Below are positions 49,401 to 54,709 of a stretch of DNA of 54,709 bases, piece after piece. The notes beneath the pieces are model-generated. The model was not told the origin of the DNA and made no database searches. It worked only from the letters and a program-made list of their open reading frames with translations. Source of the stretch: an uncultured Bacteroidales bacterium (GTDB taxonomy: Bacteria; Bacteroidota; Bacteroidia; Bacteroidales; JAAUTT01); assembly GCA_964478555.1 (NCBI GenBank), contig CAYZNC010000002.1:1-54709 (forward strand), given 5' to 3'. Position numbers and translations under genes: made by a program. Position 1 is the stretch's first letter. Each line of letters opens with the position of its first letter.

Positions 49401-49576
49401 TGGTTTCGACTCCGCTCAACCACCGGTCTCATTCACATCAAGAAATCTGAGGTAGTCGAAAAGAGACCCTGAGTGAGTTGAAGGCGGACCCTGAGCGATT
49501 TCTATGGTTTAAACAAATGTCGTTTCGACTCCGCTCAACGACCGGGAGTCGGACCCTGAGCGTAGTCGAAGGGTCA
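49401..49576. repeat. Composite GC-rich REP-like element (two imperfect hairpin units)
   Basis: GTTTCGACTCCGCTCAAC occurs at 49403-49420 and 49522-49539. GACCCTGAG occurs at 49465-49473, 49487-49495 and 49552-49560. GTAGTCGAA occurs at 49452-49460 and 49562-49570. Left and right arm types are imperfect reverse complements. Confidence 0.85.
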
Positions 49577-49638
49577 TTTGATGAAATATAATTCCTAAAA
49601 AACCATAAAAGTAAATTTTCTCAAATAAAATTAAAACA

Positions 49639-51027
49639 ATGAAAACTAACAATATGCCTGCTTATCTGGTGATTATTTCAGTGGTATGTTTGCTTTTAAT
49701 TAGCAGCAGTTTTATGATCATCCGCAAAGTTAAGCAGTTTGCGCCTCCTCAGCGTTCCTCAGTGAAGCATACGGAATGGAGTAAAAATGCGGTTATTTAT
49801 GAGGTTAATATCCGGCAATATTCCCATGAAGGAACTTTTAAGGCCTTTGAAAAGGATTTACCCCGCATAAAAGAATTGGGAGTGAAAATTATCTGGATTA
49901 TGCCTGTGTATCCAATAGGAGAAAAAAACCGGAAAGGTAAACTGGGCAGTTACTATGCGATTAGAGATTATCAGGCAATTAATTCCGAGTTTGGTAACAT
50001 GAACGATTTTAAGCACCTTGTTCAGTCGATACATAATCTCGATATGAAGGTAATTCTCGACTGGGTGGCCAACCATACCGCATGGGATCACCCATTGATG
50101 AAAAGCCATCCGGAATATTATATGAAAGATTCCGCTGGCAGGTTTATTTCACCCTTTGACTGGACAGATGTTGTGCGCTTTGATTATCAGAACCCTGCAA
50201 CCCGGAGATTTATGACTGAAACGATGGAGTGGTGGCTAAAAGAGACTGATATCGATGGATTCCGTTGTGATGTTGCAAGTTTGGTTCCAACTTCTTTTTG
50301 GAACGAATTACGACCTGAACTGGAAAAAATAAAACCGGTATTCATGCTTGCCGAAGCCGATATTCCGGAGGAGCAACAGCACGCTTTCGACATGTCGTAC
50401 GATTGGAAATTTCACCACTTGATGAACGACATAGCGAAAGGTAAAGAAAATGCCAATGCCATTATGAAACATTTTAGCATGGTAGATTCGATTTACCCTG
50501 GCAATGCTTATCTCATGCAATTCACCTCCAATCACGATGAAAATTCGTGGAACGGAACAGAATATGAGCGGTTGGGCGATGGTGCAAAAACCTTTGCAGT
50601 TCTTGCGGCAACTATTCCCGGCATGCCATTGATATATAATGGGCAGGAGTCAGCTTTCAATCGCAGATTAATATTTTTTGATAAGGATAGCATCGATTGG
50701 CATAACTACAGCCTTACCTCACTTTACAAAATCCTGGTGAACCTTAAAAAGAGAAATAAAGCATTATGGAATGGCGAGGAAGGGGGAAAGTTGCAACGTA
50801 TCTCCACCAATCGGGATACATCGGTATTTGCATTTGTAAGAGAGAAAACTCATCAAAAGGTGTTGGTTATTTGTAATTTAACGGCTAAAGCTTTAGATGT
50901 AAAGTTCAACTCCGGACTACTGACAGGGAAATACCAGGAAGTGTTTTCACAAAAGAAAAAGAGCTTTGCATCGAATGAAAAGATTGCGCTTAAACCATGG
51001 GAATTTCTGGTTTATGACGCAGAATAA
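49639..51027 (+). CDS. GH13 alpha-amylase-family enzyme (N-terminal signal/anchor)
   Basis: 462-aa ORF. GH13 regions DWVANH, DGFRCDVA, MLAEAD, FTSNHDEN. Confidence 0.88.
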   Translation: MKTNNMPAYLVIISVVCLLLISSSFMIIRKVKQFAPPQRSSVKHTEWSKNAVIYEVNIRQYSHEGTFKAFEKDLPRIKELGVKIIWIMPVYPIGEKNRKGKLGSYYAIRDYQAINSEFGNMNDFKHLVQSIHNLDMKVILDWVANHTAWDHPLMKSHPEYYMKDSAGRFISPFDWTDVVRFDYQNPATRRFMTETMEWWLKETDIDGFRCDVASLVPTSFWNELRPELEKIKPVFMLAEADIPEEQQHAFDMSYDWKFHHLMNDIAKGKENANAIMKHFSMVDSIYPGNAYLMQFTSNHDENSWNGTEYERLGDGAKTFAVLAATIPGMPLIYNGQESAFNRRLIFFDKDSIDWHNYSLTSLYKILVNLKKRNKALWNGEEGGKLQRISTNRDTSVFAFVREKTHQKVLVICNLTAKALDVKFNSGLLTGKYQEVFSQKKKSFASNEKIALKPWEFLVYDAE

Positions 51028-51060
51028 ATAATGTTTTAAGAATTACTTTAACAAAAAAAG

Positions 51061-51090
51061 CTGTCCCAATTATCGGAGACAGTTTTTTTT
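51061..51090 (+). terminator. Probable bidirectional rho-independent terminator
   Basis: An A-run (51053-51059), then CTGTCC...GGAGACAG stem (51061-51082, one bulge), then T8 (51083-51090). Located between the convergent amylase and folE genes. Confidence 0.5.
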
Positions 51091-51223
51091 GTAATAAGTT
51101 GGGTTTATTGCTCAATGGTACGTTTACCAGTACCTAAATAGATGTCCCAGTTGGATCAATACTAACAGTAGAAGTTATTCTTAGCTTTATAGCCTGAACC
51201 ACCCGTTATAAATGAGTGATTTG

Positions 51224-51862
51224 TTAATGCAATTCAACACCAATCAGGTGAATAAATTCCTCACGCGTACGAGGGTCGCGAAGGAATACTCCAGTAAATG
51301 CTGAGGTAGTGGTTACCGAATTTTGTTTCTGAATACCACGCATCATCATGCATAGGTGGTGGGCTTCAATGACAACTGCTACACCCAGAGGATTCAGGGC
51401 CTCCTGAATGCAATCGCGAATTTGCATGGTAAGTCGTTCCTGCACTTGTAATCGCCTTGCAAAGGCATCTACTACACGCGCAATTTTACTAAGACCTGTT
51501 ATACGATCATTTGGAATATAGGCTACATGAGCTTTACCAAAAAATGGGATCATGTGGTGTTCGCACATGGAGTAAAGTTCAATATCTTTAACTAAAACCA
51601 TCTGTTTGTAATCTTCTTTAAACATGGCGGAAGAAAGCAACTTCTTGGGATCGATATTATAACCCTGCATAAGGAATTGCATTGATTTTGCCACTCTCAT
51701 TGGAGTATCTATCAAGCCTTCCCTTTCCGGATTACCATCTGTTAACTGAAGTACTTCGTGGTAAAGTTGAGCCAAACGCTCTGTTTTTTCTTTGTTATAT
51801 TGTTCAATTTGTGAGTAATCATCATCATCAATTAACCCTTTGTTCTTAAAAACGTAATCCAT
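51224..51862 (-). CDS. folE: GTP cyclohydrolase I
   Basis: 212-aa [36 protein letters not shown] and HLCMMMRG motifs. Confidence 0.92.
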   Translation of the reverse strand: MDYVFKNKGLIDDDDYSQIEQYNKEKTERLAQLYHEVLQLTDGNPEREGLIDTPMRVAKSMQFLMQGYNIDPKKLLSSAMFKEDYKQMVLVKDIELYSMCEHHMIPFFGKAHVAYIPNDRITGLSKIARVVDAFARRLQVQERLTMQIRDCIQEALNPLGVAVVIEAHHLCMMMRGIQKQNSVTTTSAFTGVFLRDPRTREEFIHLIGVELH

Positions 51863-51946
51863 AATTTTATATATTTAATTCGTGTTACTAGCTACAAGTT
51901 ACCATTATTAATTTACACTGAAAATTTAGTTGCCATTTTTCCAGGT

Positions 51947-52372
51947 TTAAACGTTTGGTCCAAAATATTCAACAAAATTATTTTCTGTTTCTTCAATCTT
52001 AATACAATGTAATTCAATGCCCAACGCAATAATATGCGGTTTTAATTCTTCCCAAATAGCAATCGCCAGGTTTTCTGACGAAGGTATACGATCTTTCATA
52101 AAATCAACTTCCAGGTTTATATTTTTATGGTCGACTTTTTCAATAATATGTTCGTTAATTAAAGCACTCAGTGTTTTCAGGTTAACTACATAACCTATTT
52201 CAGATTTTAATTCTCCTGTTACGGTCACAAAAAGCGTATAATTATGTCCGTGCCAATTGGGATTAGAACATTTGCCGTAAATTTCAAGATTCTTCTCATC
52301 GCTCCACTCGGCACGAAACATTCGATGTGCAGCATTAAAGCGCTCCCTGCGTGTTAGAAAAACTTTGCTCAT
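51947..52372 (-). CDS. queD: 6-carboxytetrahydropterin / 6-pyruvoyl-tetrahydropterin synthase family protein
   Basis: The track ORF extends to 52453. The family normally starts close to the ...LTRRERFNAAHR motif, so Met at 52372 (MSKVFLTRRERFNAAHRM) is preferred. Has a CSNPNWHGHNY Cys/His-Gly-His motif. Confidence 0.8.
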   Translation of the reverse strand: MSKVFLTRRERFNAAHRMFRAEWSDEKNLEIYGKCSNPNWHGHNYTLFVTVTGELKSEIGYVVNLKTLSALINEHIIEKVDHKNINLEVDFMKDRIPSSENLAIAIWEELKPHIIALGIELHCIKIEETENNFVEYFGPNV

Positions 52373-52424
52373 GACTTTCAAATCTTTATCTTTGGACATC
52401 AAAAGTACAAATATTTTTTTAGGT

Positions 52425-53096
52425 ATGAATATTCTTACAGTTGCTGCAACCATTCAGGAAGTGGAACCTTTTATGAAACACTGCGCAATGAAACAGGTTG
52501 AGCAGCATCTATGGGCCGGAAAGATTAAACAGCATCATGTAAATTGTTTGATATCCGGGATCGGTATGGTAGCTACAGCCTATCACTTGACAAAAGCCAT
52601 CTGTAAAAAAGATTTTCACCTTATCATAAATGCAGGAATTGCTGGGAGTTTTAATGAAAACATTGCGCTTGGATGTGTTGTAAATATTACCAGTGAACAG
52701 TTTGCCGATTTCGGAATTGATGACAAGGGAACATACCGTTCCGTATTTGAAGCGAATTTTATGGATGGAAATTCAGCTCCCTTTTTCAATGGAACGTTGG
52801 TAAATCCGATGAAACACGCATTTATCAGTCATTTACCGGAAGTATCGGGCATAACCGTTAATACGGCTTCAGGTAGCGAGGAACAAATCAAGAAGATCAA
52901 AGTAAAATTTAGCCCTGAGGTCGAAAACATGGAAGGGGCGGCCGTATTTTATGTTGCTCTGCAGCAAGCGATGCCGTTTGCTGAAATTCGTTCTATTTCC
53001 AACTTTGTTGAACCCAGGAACCGAAATAATTGGAATATTTCTTTGGCTATCGAAAAGCTCAACTCAACTTTAATTGGTATTTTTGCTGAAATTTAG
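52425..53096 (+). CDS. mqnB: Futalosine hydrolase (PNP/UDP phosphorylase fold)
   Basis: The track ORF starts at 52365 and overlaps queD. The internal Met at 52425 gives MNILTVAATIQEVEPF, the usual N-terminus. Also GIGMVATAY, INAGIAGSF, ENMEGAAV. Adjacent to mqnD. Confidence 0.72.
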   Translation: MNILTVAATIQEVEPFMKHCAMKQVEQHLWAGKIKQHHVNCLISGIGMVATAYHLTKAICKKDFHLIINAGIAGSFNENIALGCVVNITSEQFADFGIDDKGTYRSVFEANFMDGNSAPFFNGTLVNPMKHAFISHLPEVSGITVNTASGSEEQIKKIKVKFSPEVENMEGAAVFYVALQQAMPFAEIRSISNFVEPRNRNNWNISLAIEKLNSTLIGIFAEI

Positions 53097-53106
53097 ATTT
53101 TAAACC

Positions 53107-53937
53107 GTGCAACTAAAAATTGGCTTTTCACCTTGTCCGAATGATACTTTTATGTTTGATGCGATGATCAATAGACGCATTCAAACTGAAGGGTTGTCGT
53201 TTTTGCTGGAAATGGCAGATATTGAAAAGCTAAACCAACATGCACTTGCAGGGGAATTTGATATTTTGAAAATAAGTTATGCGCTATACTCACAGGTTTC
53301 TGAAAACTATCAGATATTGAATTCGGGAAGTGCGCTTGGCTATGCCAATGGACCTCTGCTGGTTTCCAAAGCCAAAATATATCCCGATGAAGTAGAGCAT
53401 TTACATGTTGCTATTCCCGGGGCTAACACCACGGCAAATCTACTGCTTACCATAGCTTATCCAAACGTAAAAAAGAAAACCGAATACCTTTTTTCCGATA
53501 TAGAAGAAGTTGTGCTCAGTGGCGAAACAGACGCAGGACTACTTATTCATGAAAACAGATTTACATATGAAGCAAAAGGTTTAAAAAAGATTGTAGACCT
53601 TGGCACCTGGTGGGAAGAACAAACAAAAATGCCCATTCCTTTAGGCGGAATAATGGTGAAGCGATCCTTACCTCAGAAGATAAAAGAAACCATAAACAGA
53701 GTGTTATCCAATAGTATTTCTCATGCCTTTGAACATCCGAATGAGGCCATGGGCTTTATTCGTGAACATGCACAAAGCATGCACAGTGATGTAATTTATA
53801 GACACATTGATCTGTACGTAAATGAATATTCCCTCAATCTTGGAGAAAAGGGACGGAAAGCAATTGAGTTCCTTTTCTCTAAGGGTTCCGGGATCAAAAA
53901 AATGAATCAATTAACACAACCTATATTTGCCATTTAA
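53107..53937 (+). CDS. mqnD: 1,4-dihydroxy-6-naphthoate synthase (futalosine pathway)
   Basis: 276-aa ORF with GTG start. LKIGFSPCPNDTFMFDAMI N-terminus is typical of MqnD within the MqnA/MqnD family. Confidence 0.78.
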   Translation: MQLKIGFSPCPNDTFMFDAMINRRIQTEGLSFLLEMADIEKLNQHALAGEFDILKISYALYSQVSENYQILNSGSALGYANGPLLVSKAKIYPDEVEHLHVAIPGANTTANLLLTIAYPNVKKKTEYLFSDIEEVVLSGETDAGLLIHENRFTYEAKGLKKIVDLGTWWEEQTKMPIPLGGIMVKRSLPQKIKETINRVLSNSISHAFEHPNEAMGFIREHAQSMHSDVIYRHIDLYVNEYSLNLGEKGRKAIEFLFSKGSGIKKMNQLTQPIFAI

Positions 53938-53938
53938 T

Positions 53939-54709
53939 ATGATAGTAGTCACAGGATCAGCCGGTTTTATCGGTAGTTGTATGGTTGCAAAACTCAACCA
54001 GGAGGGGTTTAACGATATTGTTTTAGTGGATGATTTTTCCAATCCCCAAAAAAACAAAAATTTTGAAGGAAAGACATTTTCACAAAAAGTTGACCGTTCA
54101 AATTTTTTAGCATGGATACACGCCAATCATCATTTTATTCAAATTATTATTCACATTGGAGCCCGGACAGATACTACGGAATTTAACCGCGAAATTTTTG
54201 AGAAGTTAAATATCGGTTATTCCAAACAGGTTTTTAATGCTTGCGTTGAGTTTGGATTACCACTTATCTATGCTTCTTCTGCGGCTACCTATGGTATGGG
54301 AGAACATGGGTATAATGATGATCATGCGGTGGTGGATAAGTTAAAACCTTTGAATCCTTATGGAGACTCAAAAAATGATTTTGACAAATGGGTACTTCAA
54401 CAGCCAAGACAACCTTATTTTTGGGCCGGTTTGAAATTTTTTAATGTGTATGGTCCCAACGAATATCACAAAGCCCGCATGGCTTCTGTAATATTTCATG
54501 CTTTTAACCAAATTAAAGCAACCGGAAAAATGAAATTATTCCGGTCCCACAACCCCAATTATAAAGATGGCGGACAATTACGCGATTTTGTTTATGTTAA
54601 AGATGTAATCGAGGTTATTTATTTTCTTATGAATCATAGAAAAGATTCAGGCCTTTATAATTTAGGCACAGGAAAAGCAAGAAGTTTTTACGATCTGGCT
54701 GCATCAACT
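53939..54709 (+). CDS. hldD: ADP-glyceromanno-heptose 6-epimerase-like NAD-dependent epimerase (3' end beyond the window)
   Basis: Not in the ORF track because it runs off the window. ATG at 53939, with 257 open codons to the window end. MIVVTGSAGFIGS Rossmann motif, ASSAATYG, PLNPYGDSK, KFFNVYGPNEYHKARMASV. Confidence 0.8.
   Translation, partial: MIVVTGSAGFIGSCMVAKLNQEGFNDIVLVDDFSNPQKNKNFEGKTFSQKVDRSNFLAWIHANHHFIQIIIHIGARTDTTEFNREIFEKLNIGYSKQVFNACVEFGLPLIYASSAATYGMGEHGYNDDHAVVDKLKPLNPYGDSKNDFDKWVLQQPRQPYFWAGLKFFNVYGPNEYHKARMASVIFHAFNQIKATGKMKLFRSHNPNYKDGGQLRDFVYVKDVIEVIYFLMNHRKDSGLYNLGTGKARSFYDLAAST

Noticed and set aside
52365-52453. Overlap of the long forms of the divergent queD-family and mqnB ORFs
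   Set aside because: Both N-terminal extensions precede the positions where these families normally begin (MSKVFLTRRERFNAAHR and MNILTVAAT). Internal ATGs at 52372 and 52425 remove the overlap, so the extensions are treated as ORF-calling artefacts.
1-54709. Mobile genetic element, prophage or genomic island boundaries
   Set aside because: I found no integrase, transposase, tRNA attachment site or long terminal repeats. The higBA pair is the only accessory-type cassette and has no mobile-element flanks.

Overview
AT-rich chromosomal segment that reads as Bacteroidota: it has a SusC/SusD pair, T9SS C-terminal sorting domains and a 729-aa type III glutamine synthetase. I saw no rRNA, tRNA, CRISPR array, transposase or integrase. 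Left part (1-11.8 kb) is housekeeping and envelope genes: rlmH, a 1234-aa multi-pass sensor histidine kinase with no response regulator nearby, two small hypotheticals, a Cys-rich DUF3109-like protein, glnN behind an unusually long repeat-bearing leader, a TPR/beta-propeller/OmpA protein, and a purM-like gene. Middle part (11.8-27 kb) is a run of exported proteins with no assigned function. It holds an overlapping lipoprotein pair of 386 and 810 aa, a DUF3857/transglutaminase-like pair (one with the Cys-His-Asp triad, one without), a four-CxxC mini-protein and a small lipoprotein. It ends in a 1844-aa thioester (CNEQ) alpha-2-macroglobulin whose bait-region position carries a SusC-type N-terminal module, followed by a higBA toxin-antitoxin pair. 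Right part (27-51 kb) is an alpha-glucan utilisation locus. On the minus strand are susC-susD-susE/F-like genes followed by two GH13 amylases with T9SS sorting domains; one of these is split by a 1-nt frameshift and has a PPC-like insertion in domain B. A LacI-family regulator is divergent from these. A plus-strand operon then encodes an MFS transporter, beta-phosphoglucomutase, GH65 maltose phosphorylase, SusA-like GH13, GH31 and another GH13. GC-rich palindromic (REP-like) elements sit in several intergenic gaps of this locus, and a CAAACGTTTG/CGTTTGCGG motif recurs at the regulator's two flanks. Right end: folE, queD-family PTPS, futalosine-pathway mqnB and mqnD, and a 5' partial hldD-like epimerase. 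The best candidates for something undescribed are the chimeric A2M and the neighbouring block of exported unknowns. All functional calls come from motif recognition by eye, not from database searches.
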